Assembly: GCA_964583685.1 (NCBI GenBank)
Contig: CAZOVJ010000001.1
Location: 260,033 to 324,032, forward strand
Reading direction: 5' to 3'
Origin: an uncultured Gammaproteobacteria bacterium
Lineage (GTDB): Bacteria; Patescibacteriota; Microgenomatia; UBA8517
Length of the DNA stretch: 64,000 nucleotides
Below are positions 49,131 to 59,364 of the stretch, in pieces. The notes below the pieces were generated by a model that did not search any database, had not been told where the DNA came from, and saw only the letters and a program-made list of their open reading frames with translations. Both the position numbers and the translations under genes were made by a program. Numbering within the stretch: the stretch's first letter is position 1; each line of letters starts with the position of its first letter.

Positions 49131-49895
49131 ATGAGAAGAAAAGGATCAAAGGTTATTGTTGTGATGCCCGCCTATAATGCGGAGAGGACCCTCCAAAAGA
49201 CCTACAAAGATATTACTCCGGGTGTGGTTAATAAAGTAATTTTGGTTGATGATGGGAGCCACGATAAAACAGTCAAGAAGGCTGAGAAGTTGGGTATTGA
49301 AACGATTGTTCACCCCCAAAACAGAGGCTATGGTGGTAATCAGAAGACTTGTTACACAATGGCCCTCAATGAGGGGGTGGATATAGTCGTCATGATTCAC
49401 CCTGATTATCAATATGACAGCCGCTTAACAGGGGAGATCGTCAGACCGATAATTGATGGACGTTTTGATATCATGCTTGGCTCTCGAATAAGGACCAGAA
49501 AAGAAGTACTTGAAGGCGGAATGCCGGCTTATAAATATTTTGCCAATCGTTTCTTAACAGTTCTGGAAAATATTATTCTTGGCCAAAATCTTTCAGAATA
49601 TCATACTGGCTTTCGAGCATTTCACAAAAATGTGTTTAAAAAGCTACCCTTCCATAAATTTTCAGATGATTTTGTTTTTGACCAAGAAATTTTGATTTCG
49701 GCAATTCATCGGGGCTACAAAGTCGGAGAGATACCGGTTCCCGTTCGTTATTTTCCCGATGCCTCATCAATAAATTTTAGGCGCTCATTAATCTATGGTT
49801 TAGTAACACTTTTTGCCCTTTTTAAATATATTTTGGCAACATTGGGCATTTATCATTCAAAAATTTTTGCAAATGACAAAAATCCCCACATCTGA
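49131..49895 (+). CDS. family 2 glycosyltransferase, polyprenyl-phosphate sugar synthase (DPM-synthase/GtrB-like)
   Basis: 'VIVVMPAYNAERTL', 'LVDDGSHDKT', 'DYQYD'; C-terminal TM. Confidence 0.7.
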   Translation: MRRKGSKVIVVMPAYNAERTLQKTYKDITPGVVNKVILVDDGSHDKTVKKAEKLGIETIVHPQNRGYGGNQKTCYTMALNEGVDIVVMIHPDYQYDSRLTGEIVRPIIDGRFDIMLGSRIRTRKEVLEGGMPAYKYFANRFLTVLENIILGQNLSEYHTGFRAFHKNVFKKLPFHKFSDDFVFDQEILISAIHRGYKVGEIPVPVRYFPDASSINFRRSLIYGLVTLFALFKYILATLGIYHSKIFANDKNPHI

Positions 49896-50600
49896 AGATT
49901 TACCAAGTTTAAGTTCTTCCCATCCACCTCGCGTCCAGCGATAGTAGTTACCTTCACCCATCTCAATTGTTCCCGGATAAGTGTTTTTACCTGAAGTGAA
50001 TATTCCATAAGGACCTGAAGAAAGAGCTCCCGGCAGGTCAGCCGGAACTCCAAAGGTTTCCATGACCACAAAAAAAGTGCCTCTGGGAATTTTATCCAGA
50101 CTATAACTAAATTCTCCATCAACCGTGGTCAAAGCTTTGATCCCGCTTTGGAGATGAAAATCCGTACTCAACTTTCCCAACAGCTTTCCCTTATCATTTC
50201 TGAAACGAAGGGTGAGAGTTCCTTTTTCCACTCCCTCATCATATCTAAACTTACCCGAGGATTCAGAACCCAAAAGAAGATCTCTTTCAAGAAAAGTTTC
50301 ATTGTCTAAACTTACTGTTCCCGGAACGCCCTGGGTCCGGCCGTCAGAAACCCGATAAAGAAGTTCATAATCCATTGAATCGACATTAGTCACCTTAATA
50401 TCAACTATCTCAAGCTTTAACCAATGTCCGTCTTCACTTGGAGTCAGAGAAACCACTGGTCTCTGTTCAAAGGGGATCTCGGGAACAAATTTCTCCTCTT
50501 CAACAATTGTGCTCTTTCGTGTCTTGATAAACAAAAAATAGGTAGCAACAAAAACTCCTATCCCCAAGAGAAACAAAATAATGGGCAGAAACTTTTTCAT
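49857..50600 (-). CDS. hypothetical N-terminally anchored extracytoplasmic protein (247 aa)
   Basis: N-terminal TM; no motif recognised; 39-nt convergent overlap with GT2 gene. Confidence 0.5.
   Translation of the reverse strand: MKKFLPIILFLLGIGVFVATYFLFIKTRKSTIVEEEKFVPEIPFEQRPVVSLTPSEDGHWLKLEIVDIKVTNVDSMDYELLYRVSDGRTQGVPGTVSLDNETFLERDLLLGSESSGKFRYDEGVEKGTLTLRFRNDKGKLLGKLSTDFHLQSGIKALTTVDGEFSYSLDKIPRGTFFVVMETFGVPADLPGALSSGPYGIFTSGKNTYPGTIEMGEGNYYRWTRGGWEELKLGKSSDVGIFVICKNF
49874..49961. repeat. 88-bp direct repeat, copy 2 (encodes C-terminus of minus gene 49857..50600 and last 7 codons of GT2 49131..49895)
   Basis: See copy 1. Confidence 0.9.
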
Positions 50601-51914
50601 TTATTGCCTTATCTTATTTTCAATATAGCTTGTCAATTTGTCAACCGATACTCTTATTTGTTTTGTCGTATCTCTGTCTCTAATTGTCACTGTATCATCC
50701 TCAAGGGTTTGAAAGTCAACGGTCAGACACCAGGGAGTGCCAATCTCATCTTGAGCAAAATAGCGCTTGCCAATATTGCCCCGGTCATCCCACGTTGCAG
50801 AAAATTGCTGAGCAAGCTTATCAAAAATTTTTCTGGCCTGGTTTACTAATTTGGGTTTATTGGCCAAAAGAGGAAAAACAGCCACTTTATAGGGAGCTAA
50901 TTGAGGATGTAGACTGAGAACAACCCTCTCCTTTTCCTGGTGATAGGCATCCAAAAGGAAAAAAAGAGCTGAACGGTCTACCCCACCAGAAGTTTCTATT
51001 ACCCAGGGCATATATTCCTGGCCGGTTTCTCTATCTTTATAGTTTAGATGATGCCGGCTTAAGTCCCAATCTCCTCTGTGATGAATTCCTTCAAATTCGC
51101 TCCAGCCAAAAGGCGCCTGATATTCGATATCTTCGGCAAAACGGGCGTAGTGAGCCCGCTCATCCGGCCCATGTTCCCGAAAGCGAAGTTTCTTCTTTTC
51201 CATTCCCAGGGCAAGAAACCATCTCAATCTTTCCTCCTTCCAATAAGCAAAAAGCTTTTCAGCCTCTTTTTCCTCGGGCTGAATAAAATACTCCAGCTCC
51301 ATTTGTTCGAATTCACGACTTCTATAGGTAAAATTTCCTGGGGTGATTTCATTGCGAAAGGCCTTACCAATTTGGGCAATACCAAAAGGAATTCTCATCG
51401 CCATTGAATCAACAACATTTTTGAAATTGACAAAGACACCCTGGGTTACTTCCCCCCGAAGATAAGTTTTTTTCTTCCCCTTCTCCGTTGTCCCAATATA
51501 AACCTCTGTCAGAAGATTGAATTTCTTCGACTCTGTCAGCTCTCCTTGACAATCAGGACAAAGATTCCCTTTTAGGCTGTCTGCTCTAAACCGATGATGG
51601 CACTGCTTGCATTCAACCAATGGATCGGTAAAAGCCTCTATGTGGCCAGAGGCCTGCCAAACTTTGGGATTCATAATGATGGCCGCATCCAAACCTATAA
51701 CGTCATCTCTCTCGTAAACCATGGTCTTCCACCACGAACGTTTGATATTGTTTTTAAGTTCAACTCCCAGGGGTCCATAATCCCAAAACCCACGCAGGCC
51801 ACCATAAATCTCGGAGCCGGGATAAATAAATCCCCGCCTTTTGGCTAAAGAAACAATTTTTTCCATTTTACCCATGCTCAACAAATTATACTTAGAAAAT
51901 AAGCTTTTTGCCAA
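50601..51914 (-). CDS. glyQS: glycine--tRNA ligase (class II, dimeric type)
   Basis: 'RGFIYPGSEIYGGLRGFWDYGPLG' N-terminus, class II motifs. Confidence 0.85.
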   Translation of the reverse strand: MAKSLFSKYNLLSMGKMEKIVSLAKRRGFIYPGSEIYGGLRGFWDYGPLGVELKNNIKRSWWKTMVYERDDVIGLDAAIIMNPKVWQASGHIEAFTDPLVECKQCHHRFRADSLKGNLCPDCQGELTESKKFNLLTEVYIGTTEKGKKKTYLRGEVTQGVFVNFKNVVDSMAMRIPFGIAQIGKAFRNEITPGNFTYRSREFEQMELEYFIQPEEKEAEKLFAYWKEERLRWFLALGMEKKKLRFREHGPDERAHYARFAEDIEYQAPFGWSEFEGIHHRGDWDLSRHHLNYKDRETGQEYMPWVIETSGGVDRSALFFLLDAYHQEKERVVLSLHPQLAPYKVAVFPLLANKPKLVNQARKIFDKLAQQFSATWDDRGNIGKRYFAQDEIGTPWCLTVDFQTLEDDTVTIRDRDTTKQIRVSVDKLTSYIENKIRQ

Positions 51915-52437
51915 CGCGAAGGCTGGTCATTTCTCTTTCCACAATACTCTCTAAAACTTTATCATGTTCAAGTAGGGATTTGTTTTTCGGCCAAAAACCC
52001 AAAAGAACGAGTGAATCTTTTATAAATTTTTCCCTTAATTTTCTTAAAAATTTTGTTCGCTGGAGGTCTTCCAGGGCGTTCAATAAGAGGAAGAAAAATT
52101 GCTCATTTCTCTCGCTATCTCGGGTTAAACGTCCCACCGTCTCAAGAAGAAAATAGGCAACAGCCACTCTCCTCAAATCTTTTCTTATCAAGGAAAAGGA
52201 GTTAATTATCTCTACTTCTGCCATCAAATCCAAACCTTTCCCTCGAGAAGCGGAAAAGCGGATGTAATTAAAAACCTCCAAAGAACCTCCCTTGCGACTT
52301 TGAACTTTTCTTACTCCTTTGGCCAATAGAGAAAGTTTACCGTAATGTTTGCTATAAATAACTAAAATTCTATCTGCTTCGGAATAATTTCTTCGAGCTA
52401 AAACTACCCCTTCACTTCTGTAATTTCTAGACCTCAC
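51892..52437 (-). CDS. recO: short RecO-like DNA repair protein (OB-fold N-terminal domain)
   Basis: 'EGVVLARRNYSEADRILVIYSKHYGKLSLLAKGVRK' resembles RecO N-terminus; only 181 aa. Confidence 0.45.
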   Translation of the reverse strand: MRSRNYRSEGVVLARRNYSEADRILVIYSKHYGKLSLLAKGVRKVQSRKGGSLEVFNYIRFSASRGKGLDLMAEVEIINSFSLIRKDLRRVAVAYFLLETVGRLTRDSERNEQFFFLLLNALEDLQRTKFLRKLREKFIKDSLVLLGFWPKNKSLLEHDKVLESIVEREMTSLRVGKKLIF

Positions 52438-54470
52438 TAGATTCTGAAGCGGAGCTCCTTATCGGTTTTCAAGAAAAACTCTTCCTCTTGTTTGCCTAGA
52501 GAAATCGTGTATAGAGGAGAGTCATGACCGGCTTGTTTCTGAATCAAAAGTTTATATTCTTTGTTAAACTTGAAAGGTAGTTTATATTTAAAACTTAACT
52601 TAACAACTCCTTGAGGCCGCAAACGAAAACCACCGCAAAAAACCGTCTTGCCTAATTCCTCATAGGTTTCTCCCGCTTCTTCAAGACCATCAACAGATAT
52701 TAGTTCAGAACCCAGAGGAACATAAATTCTGGTCCAATTGGGAAGAACCGAATTCAGCCAACCATCATAGTCCTGGGGATTCTTATAAGTAATTGTCAAA
52801 AGCTTTTCCACACTTCCATCCCGAGCTATCTCAATTTCCTGATGAACTTCTTGGCTCACATAAAGATTTGATTTCCTGCCGCCCAAATTAGCATCATTGA
52901 TATGGAGATAATCTTCTTGGTAATCTTTAAGTCTGCCGGCTATATTAAATGCCTCAACACCTCTCTGAACTTCTTCATCTAACATATAAAAAAGAACATG
53001 CTTTTCGGTAAGGGATTTATAGCCGGCTTCAAAAAGCTCAGGCAGTTTATCTTTGGGTTGTCCCATTGCGTTACTCAAAATCGAATTCATCAAAGGCCCA
53101 ATTATCTTTTTCCGGTTATCTATATTTGGAGGAGCAAATACAATTTCTCCTGACACTGGATCCCAAACAATCGGGCCTTCGGTATCAGCAAAACTTTCAA
53201 GCTCGTAAATAACCTGGGGACAATCACATTCGGGAATTATTTTTGTGCTGAAATTACCAAATCCAGGTACCCCAATCTCTCCGGTTACCTCCAATAAATT
53301 AACCAATACTTGAGTATCAACAGCAATTACCCCATCAATATTTCTTATTCCCAGCTTTTGCACCTCTTGAGTAAAGAGTTCCATGCTATTTTTAAAATCA
53401 GGATTAAAATTCATATCTCGTAATCTTAAGCTCCGAGAAAGGACATAAGGACCCTTGATATATTTAATTATTGGCTCAGGAGCAGGTAAGACTGGAGTAT
53501 AACGGGCATCTAGATTATAAATATCGTTTGACAAGACCGGTTTAAACTTTCCTTTATCTACACTCATAATTGAATAGGCAGTCATAAACCCACCAGTCGG
53601 CCGTAATTCCTTGTCATTCTGAAAGAGAATTAAATAAGTTCTCTGCTCATCAATTCCTAAAAGATAAGGAGCGACCTCCAAAAGAGGTTTTCCTTGACCA
53701 ATAATATTGGCGACCTCATCAACTATCACTATCAAGCTTCTGATTTTCTCACGTATTTTTTTGCCAGCAAAAGTAACTGGATAGCGATTAGGATTAATCT
53801 TATCAATCTCTGTCTGTACCAGCTTTGTTTTCTCTGAAATTACTTCGAGCTGAGGAATAACTTCATTAATTGTTTGAACAACAAATTCAACTCTATCACT
53901 AGCGCTTTCCTCTCCACTCTGAGCCTGCTCACTTTCATCCCCTTTAAAACCAATAATGTCTGCATAGGGTTCAATTGTCGTTACTACTAGCTCGGCAGCA
54001 TCCATTCCATAAAGGCCGGCTTTAATCACCGCCTCTCCATCTTGATAATAAGCACTGAGAAGAGGAATGGGTTTAGTCCAGGAAAGATATTTGAAGGATT
54101 TCTGTAAACCAAGTAAATCGCTTCTCAGCTGAGTAATCCCCTGTTTAATTTTGTCAATATCTTGCTCCTCTCTAACAACTCCTTCTAAAGACTGAGCAGA
54201 AACAATCAGTTTCTGGGCTTTCCTATAAACAAAAAAAGAAGGTATTGTCAGGCCCAAGATAAATACAAGAAACAATATCCCTAATCCAACTAGAGTCCAA
54301 AGAACTCTCTTTTTGCCCTTATTCTTGTGCAAATTCTTCTCTTTCTCTTTTACATTCTTTGCTTCTTCTTCGTTTTCTTGATTCTCTATTCCTGGCTTAA
54401 TCTGCTCGAGATTCATTGTCTCAGATTTCAACTCAATCTTGGGAATTTCTTTTTTATTATCTTTATCCAT
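52437..54470 (-). CDS. large N-terminally anchored extracytoplasmic protein of unknown function (677 aa), glycan-locus associated
   Basis: Lys/Glu-rich N-terminus then a TM helix; no motif recognised. Confidence 0.5.
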   Translation of the reverse strand: MDKDNKKEIPKIELKSETMNLEQIKPGIENQENEEEAKNVKEKEKNLHKNKGKKRVLWTLVGLGILFLVFILGLTIPSFFVYRKAQKLIVSAQSLEGVVREEQDIDKIKQGITQLRSDLLGLQKSFKYLSWTKPIPLLSAYYQDGEAVIKAGLYGMDAAELVVTTIEPYADIIGFKGDESEQAQSGEESASDRVEFVVQTINEVIPQLEVISEKTKLVQTEIDKINPNRYPVTFAGKKIREKIRSLIVIVDEVANIIGQGKPLLEVAPYLLGIDEQRTYLILFQNDKELRPTGGFMTAYSIMSVDKGKFKPVLSNDIYNLDARYTPVLPAPEPIIKYIKGPYVLSRSLRLRDMNFNPDFKNSMELFTQEVQKLGIRNIDGVIAVDTQVLVNLLEVTGEIGVPGFGNFSTKIIPECDCPQVIYELESFADTEGPIVWDPVSGEIVFAPPNIDNRKKIIGPLMNSILSNAMGQPKDKLPELFEAGYKSLTEKHVLFYMLDEEVQRGVEAFNIAGRLKDYQEDYLHINDANLGGRKSNLYVSQEVHQEIEIARDGSVEKLLTITYKNPQDYDGWLNSVLPNWTRIYVPLGSELISVDGLEEAGETYEELGKTVFCGGFRLRPQGVVKLSFKYKLPFKFNKEYKLLIQKQAGHDSPLYTISLGKQEEEFFLKTDKELRFRI

Positions 54471-55109
54471 TTAAACAGCTCCTTTCCCAGAAAGCATTAC
54501 CCATGGGGTTTTAAGAAGTATTAAAACATCAAGCAAAATTGACTTTTTCTTGGCGTAATAAGCATCCATTTCTATTCTCTTGTCAAAATTCACTTCACTT
54601 CGTCCTGAAACTTGCCAAAAACCGCTGATTCCTGGTTTAACTGATAAAACTTCCTTAACAAGCTCTTTTGTTTGCGGATACCTTTTCTGTTGCTCCTCAA
54701 GCTCATCAGGATAATAGGGTCGTGGACCAACAATACTCATCTCCCCCTTTAAAACATTTATCAGTTGGGGAATTTCATCAATAGAATGCTTTCTAATAAA
54801 CTTGCCAATCCTGGTAATTCTCGGGTCATCATAAAGCTTATAACTTGATTTTCTATATTCCTTGTAAAGTTTTTTAAACCTGGGGTCTGTATGTAAAAGC
54901 TTATGGGCATTAATAATCATCGATCTAAATTTATAAGGACAAAATAACTGACCATCCTTGCCAACCCGCTTTGGTGTATCGGCAAAAATAGAACCAGGTG
55001 AGGTTAATTTTATTATAATTGCTGTAATCAAACAAGGTAAAGAAAAGATGATTAACAAAACAATTGAGCCAATTATATCGATAATTCTCTTAATTATCCT
55101 GTAATACAT
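54471..55109 (-). CDS. polyprenyl-phosphate sugar-phosphotransferase (small PglC/WbaP-C-terminal type initiating transferase)
   Basis: N-terminal TM; 'DEIPQL', 'MSIVGPRPY' PGT signature. Confidence 0.75.
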   Translation of the reverse strand: MYYRIIKRIIDIIGSIVLLIIFSLPCLITAIIIKLTSPGSIFADTPKRVGKDGQLFCPYKFRSMIINAHKLLHTDPRFKKLYKEYRKSSYKLYDDPRITRIGKFIRKHSIDEIPQLINVLKGEMSIVGPRPYYPDELEEQQKRYPQTKELVKEVLSVKPGISGFWQVSGRSEVNFDKRIEMDAYYAKKKSILLDVLILLKTPWVMLSGKGAV

Positions 55110-55129
55110 ATGGGCAGACAGTAATTATA

Positions 55130-56248
55130 CTATAAAAATTCTTTTCTTTTCTTCTTTTTTAATCCTTGGACAATCTTTTTGACATTTTGAGCCCGACTTT
55201 TGGAACAAACAAGAAGGGCATTTTTTGTATCCACGACAACTACATCATCAACATCAATAATAGCAATCAAGCGGCCATCTGTATGAATCAAAGTATCGGA
55301 AGTATCGATATTGATAATCTCCCCTCCCGGCTCTTGGCCGTCAATAACAACATTCCTTTGTGAATCCTTTGGTAGATTTTCCCAAACTTCCTTCCAGTCC
55401 CCAATATCTGTCCACCGGTAATCGGCAACCAGTAAAAGAAAATTCCTCGCCTTTTCAGAAATGGCGTAATCAACGGAAACTTCAGGCATCCTCTTGTACT
55501 CTCCAATGATAACCTCTCTTTCATTTTTTGTTCCTATTGCTCGAGAAATCTTCTCTAAACCCTGGTTAATCTTTGGAGCGTAGCTCTTGAGAGCCTTGAG
55601 AAAAGAATCCGCTCTCCAAATATACTGGCCGGCATTCCAAAAATAATCTCCACTAGCTAAATATTTCTTGGCCAATTTAAGTTTTGGTTTCTCAGTAAAC
55701 CTCTCGAGCCTGTAAACAGTTTTCCCTTCAAAGACTCGCCAGCGTTCACCTTTTTTGATATAGCCGTAACCAACATTGGGATATGATGGTTTAATCCCTA
55801 TGGCCACAAGCCAATCCCCACTATAAGCGGCCATGGCGGCAGCCTTGATGGTCTTCAAATACCTACTTTCAGGAACAATCAAGTGGTCTACGTAACCATT
55901 GATTATCACTGCCTCTGAATCCTGTTTATGGATGTAGGCTGTACCTAGGGCATGAGCCGGAGCTGTATTCCTTCTAGCTGGCTCGACAAAAATATTCTCA
56001 GAAAGTATTTCAGGAACTTCCTTAAGAATTTCTCTTTTATAATCCGGTGAGGTAGTAATAACAAAAATTCTCTCCCAGGGTAACAGCTTTCTCAAACGAT
56101 AAGCAGTTATCTCAGTCAGTGTTCTTTTTTTGAAGAGTTTTAAAAACTGTTTTGGAGTAGCATTTCTGGACTTTGGCCAAAGCCTTGTACCTCCACCGCC
56201 AACAATAATCAAAACATACAAATGATCTTGATAATTATCTTTTAACAT
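55130..56248 (-). CDS. manC: mannose-1-phosphate guanylyltransferase-like sugar nucleotidyltransferase
   Basis: 'LIIVGGGGTRLWPKSR' nucleotidyltransferase G-loop. Confidence 0.65.
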   Translation of the reverse strand: MLKDNYQDHLYVLIIVGGGGTRLWPKSRNATPKQFLKLFKKRTLTEITAYRLRKLLPWERIFVITTSPDYKREILKEVPEILSENIFVEPARRNTAPAHALGTAYIHKQDSEAVIINGYVDHLIVPESRYLKTIKAAAMAAYSGDWLVAIGIKPSYPNVGYGYIKKGERWRVFEGKTVYRLERFTEKPKLKLAKKYLASGDYFWNAGQYIWRADSFLKALKSYAPKINQGLEKISRAIGTKNEREVIIGEYKRMPEVSVDYAISEKARNFLLLVADYRWTDIGDWKEVWENLPKDSQRNVVIDGQEPGGEIINIDTSDTLIHTDGRLIAIIDVDDVVVVDTKNALLVCSKSRAQNVKKIVQGLKKKKRKEFL

Positions 56249-57323
56249 CCTTTACTAGTCTCAGAAACTCCCTTTTAAATCTCTTTTTGGAAAATCTTTC
56301 TGCATTTTGCGATATTAATCTACTCTTAAATTTCATTTTTTGAAATCTTCCCACTGCCCTTATTAAGCTTTCCGGCTCTTGTTTGTCAAAAAATATACCT
56401 GTTAGGCCATCAACAACTATATCCAAGGCTCCGCCGGCCTTGTAAGCAATAACCGGCTTGCCTAAAGTTTGGGCCTCGACAGCAACCAGGCCAAAATCCT
56501 CCTCTTGGGGGAAAATTAACCCGGCACAATTATTATAGTAATCAGATAACTCAGCGTCTGTCAATTGACCAACGAACTTTATGTTTCTTTTTGCTTTCCT
56601 TTTTAACCTCTTCTTTTCTTTACCTATACCAACAATCACTAAAGGTAATTCCAATTGATTAAAGGCCTCAATCGCCAAATCAACCCTTTTATAAGGCACC
56701 AGACGAGAAACTATTAAATAAAATTCTGGGCCCGCCTTGACTCGGCGAGGCAGGCCCGCCTTGCCGACAGACAAGTCAACCGGCGGATACATAAGATAAC
56801 TATCCCGGGCATAATATTTCTTTATTCTCTTTTGCACCTCTGTTGAGATAGCTACTAACACATCCTGTTTCTGAGCAGCCACTCTATCCCAGCTCCTCAG
56901 ATAGGAAACAACCGGCCTTGAAATTAGTCTTAAAAATGAATTTCTAAAATAAAAATCATAACCACTCCACAAATATCTAGTTGGTGTTAAACAAAAACAA
57001 ATATGCAAGGTTCCAGGCTTAGTGATAATTCCCTTTGCCGCCTCGCTAGTAACAGAAATTACAAGGTCATATTCCTCAAAGGAAAAGCCTTCAAAGGCAA
57101 GGGGCATGAGATAGGCAAAGAGCTCATGGCGGTCTTTCGCTAGGGGAATTTTTTGCAGAAAAGAAGGTGTTATTTGGGGAAAGACTTTTGCCCAAGGGGC
57201 GGTGATAGGATTATAAACGGCAGTGTAAAGAGGAGCTTGGGGAAAAATCTCGTGTAGGACCAAAAGTAATCTTTCTGCCCCGCCCCATTTATTAACCCGG
57301 TCGTAAACCAAAGCAACCTTCAT
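56235..57323 (-). CDS. family 4 (GT-B) glycosyltransferase
   Basis: 'EDFGLVAVEAQTLGKPVIAYKAGG' GT4 motif. Confidence 0.7.
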   Translation of the reverse strand: MKVALVYDRVNKWGGAERLLLVLHEIFPQAPLYTAVYNPITAPWAKVFPQITPSFLQKIPLAKDRHELFAYLMPLAFEGFSFEEYDLVISVTSEAAKGIITKPGTLHICFCLTPTRYLWSGYDFYFRNSFLRLISRPVVSYLRSWDRVAAQKQDVLVAISTEVQKRIKKYYARDSYLMYPPVDLSVGKAGLPRRVKAGPEFYLIVSRLVPYKRVDLAIEAFNQLELPLVIVGIGKEKKRLKRKAKRNIKFVGQLTDAELSDYYNNCAGLIFPQEEDFGLVAVEAQTLGKPVIAYKAGGALDIVVDGLTGIFFDKQEPESLIRAVGRFQKMKFKSRLISQNAERFSKKRFKREFLRLVKDVKR

Positions 57324-58438
57324 AATATAGACTCATAAACTTGAAGTGTTTGCTTGGCTGTTTTCTGCCAAGAGAAACGCCTTACATATCTCTGGGCTTT
57401 TTTAATCATCTTTCTTCTTTTTTCTGAACTAAGTTCTAAAACTTCTTTCGTTACTCTGGCAATATTGGAAAAATCATAGGGATTAAAATAAAGAGCATGA
57501 TTCTTATAGATTTCTTTAAAAATAGGAATATCAGAGACCAAAACTAGGGTTCCGGCCAACATTGCTTCAAGGCCGGGCAATCCGAAACCCTCTGATAATG
57601 AAGAATAGAGAAATCCTACTGACCTTTTATACAAGCTTCCCAAATCACTATCAGGAACAAAACCCAAAAGTTTGACATATTCTCCTGCATTCAAACTGGC
57701 AATTGGTTTTAACAATCTTTGGCTAAATACATCCCTTGAAGAAACTATGACCAACATCACTTTCTCCTTCTGTTTTCTGTTCACTTCAACAACCGCCTCA
57801 ATCGCCCGATTAAGATTTTTATGAGGATAGGCATTACCGACATAAAGGAAAAAGGGCAACTTTAATTTATATTTTTTAAGAATCTTATCATCGTCACTAG
57901 TGGTTATTTCCCCATTGACACCTTCATAAATAATCTTTACCTTATCCTGACTGATTTTATAATAAGACAAAATTTCCTCTTTAACACATTTACTGGGAAC
58001 GATAATCTTTTCGGCATTTATTACCGCTTTTTTAAAAATCAACCTATAACCTAAATATTTCAAAAAATAAATGGGTAAAGGCAGTGTTGTTGCCATTCGA
58101 CCTCTTTGTTTATGCATCAAGACATCATGAATTGTCACCACAAATTTACCGGAATAAAAAATAGGTATATTAAAATGCAAAAAATGAACCAGGTCAGGGT
58201 TTTCCTGACTGATGATTGACGGCAATTTAATTTGTTCAGCAAGACTATAATGTCTAAAATCAGCTAAAACTTTTTTCCAATTCGGGCCAAGCTTTAATCT
58301 ATTAAAGTACTTCTTTCGCAGAAGGACGACATATTGATTCTTCAGATCTTCCTGTAATCCTTCAATAAGATCCATTGTATATCTTCCTAGGCCCGTATTC
58401 TCCGAGCCGTAAAGTCTGGCATCAATTAATATTTTCAT
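57320..58438 (-). CDS. family 4 (GT-B) glycosyltransferase
   Basis: 'EGFGLPGLEAMLAGTLVLVSD'. Confidence 0.7.
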   Translation of the reverse strand: MKILIDARLYGSENTGLGRYTMDLIEGLQEDLKNQYVVLLRKKYFNRLKLGPNWKKVLADFRHYSLAEQIKLPSIISQENPDLVHFLHFNIPIFYSGKFVVTIHDVLMHKQRGRMATTLPLPIYFLKYLGYRLIFKKAVINAEKIIVPSKCVKEEILSYYKISQDKVKIIYEGVNGEITTSDDDKILKKYKLKLPFFLYVGNAYPHKNLNRAIEAVVEVNRKQKEKVMLVIVSSRDVFSQRLLKPIASLNAGEYVKLLGFVPDSDLGSLYKRSVGFLYSSLSEGFGLPGLEAMLAGTLVLVSDIPIFKEIYKNHALYFNPYDFSNIARVTKEVLELSSEKRRKMIKKAQRYVRRFSWQKTAKQTLQVYESIL

Positions 58439-59364
58439 AAAACTAGAAGCCGAACGTATCTAATCATCTTAAGTATCTTAATTGCCCCTATTAGAAGAAG
58501 ATTGAAAAGCAAGGGATAATTTTTCCAAAGCCTTTTTCTGTAAAAAATCTCCATCGAATTCACACCAGCCATGACAAATTTTCTTTTCTCACTCAAACTG
58601 AGGTCTGTTTTGACTTTACCTTTCTTCCCTTTACTGACCCCTTTGAGGTGAATTATTGAAACCTTCGGATAATAAATATTTTTCCAGCCCTTTTCTTTCA
58701 TGCGCCAACAGAGATCAATATCCTCGCCATCTAGAAAATAACTCTCGTCAAACCAGTCCAAATCGTCCAAAATCTGCCGTCTAACCATACAAAATGCTCC
58801 CTGAAGCACATCTATTTCTTGAATCTTGTCAGCAGATTTATAACCGTACCAATACTTGGCAAATACCTTAGAACTAGGAAATAGCCTGTCTAATCCGGAA
58901 AGGTGGCTAAAGGCTACCCAAGGAGTAGGAAAGGAACGGCGGGCATCTTTATCTAAATCTCCGGAAGGCAACTTAATCTTGCAGGTTACGGCTCCTACTT
59001 TAGGATGACCTTTAAGGTAAGCCAGAGTTTCTTTTAAAGTATTCTGGTTTACAAGTGTATCTGAATTCAAAAATAGAATATATTCACCTTGACAAAGTCC
59101 CTGCGCCCGGTTATTGCCGGCTGCAAATCCCAGGTTGCTTTCATTTTCTACAAGCCTTACCCAAGAAAAATCTTTTTTAACCATCTCAACACTTTTATCA
59201 ATTGAACCGTTATCGACAACTATTACCTTAAATTTAACCTCATGTTTTCTTTTTTCCAAAGAATCCAAACAGTTCTTAAGTAAATCTTTTGTGTTGTAAC
59301 TCAAGATTACTATCGAGAGTTCAAGTTTCTCAGACATGGACCACCTTCTTATAAATTCTGTCAT
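58435..59364 (-). CDS. family 2 glycosyltransferase
   Basis: 'SIVILSYNTKD', 'VVDNGSIDKS', 'NSDT' motifs. Confidence 0.7.
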   Translation of the reverse strand: MTEFIRRWSMSEKLELSIVILSYNTKDLLKNCLDSLEKRKHEVKFKVIVVDNGSIDKSVEMVKKDFSWVRLVENESNLGFAAGNNRAQGLCQGEYILFLNSDTLVNQNTLKETLAYLKGHPKVGAVTCKIKLPSGDLDKDARRSFPTPWVAFSHLSGLDRLFPSSKVFAKYWYGYKSADKIQEIDVLQGAFCMVRRQILDDLDWFDESYFLDGEDIDLCWRMKEKGWKNIYYPKVSIIHLKGVSKGKKGKVKTDLSLSEKRKFVMAGVNSMEIFYRKRLWKNYPLLFNLLLIGAIKILKMIRYVRLLVL

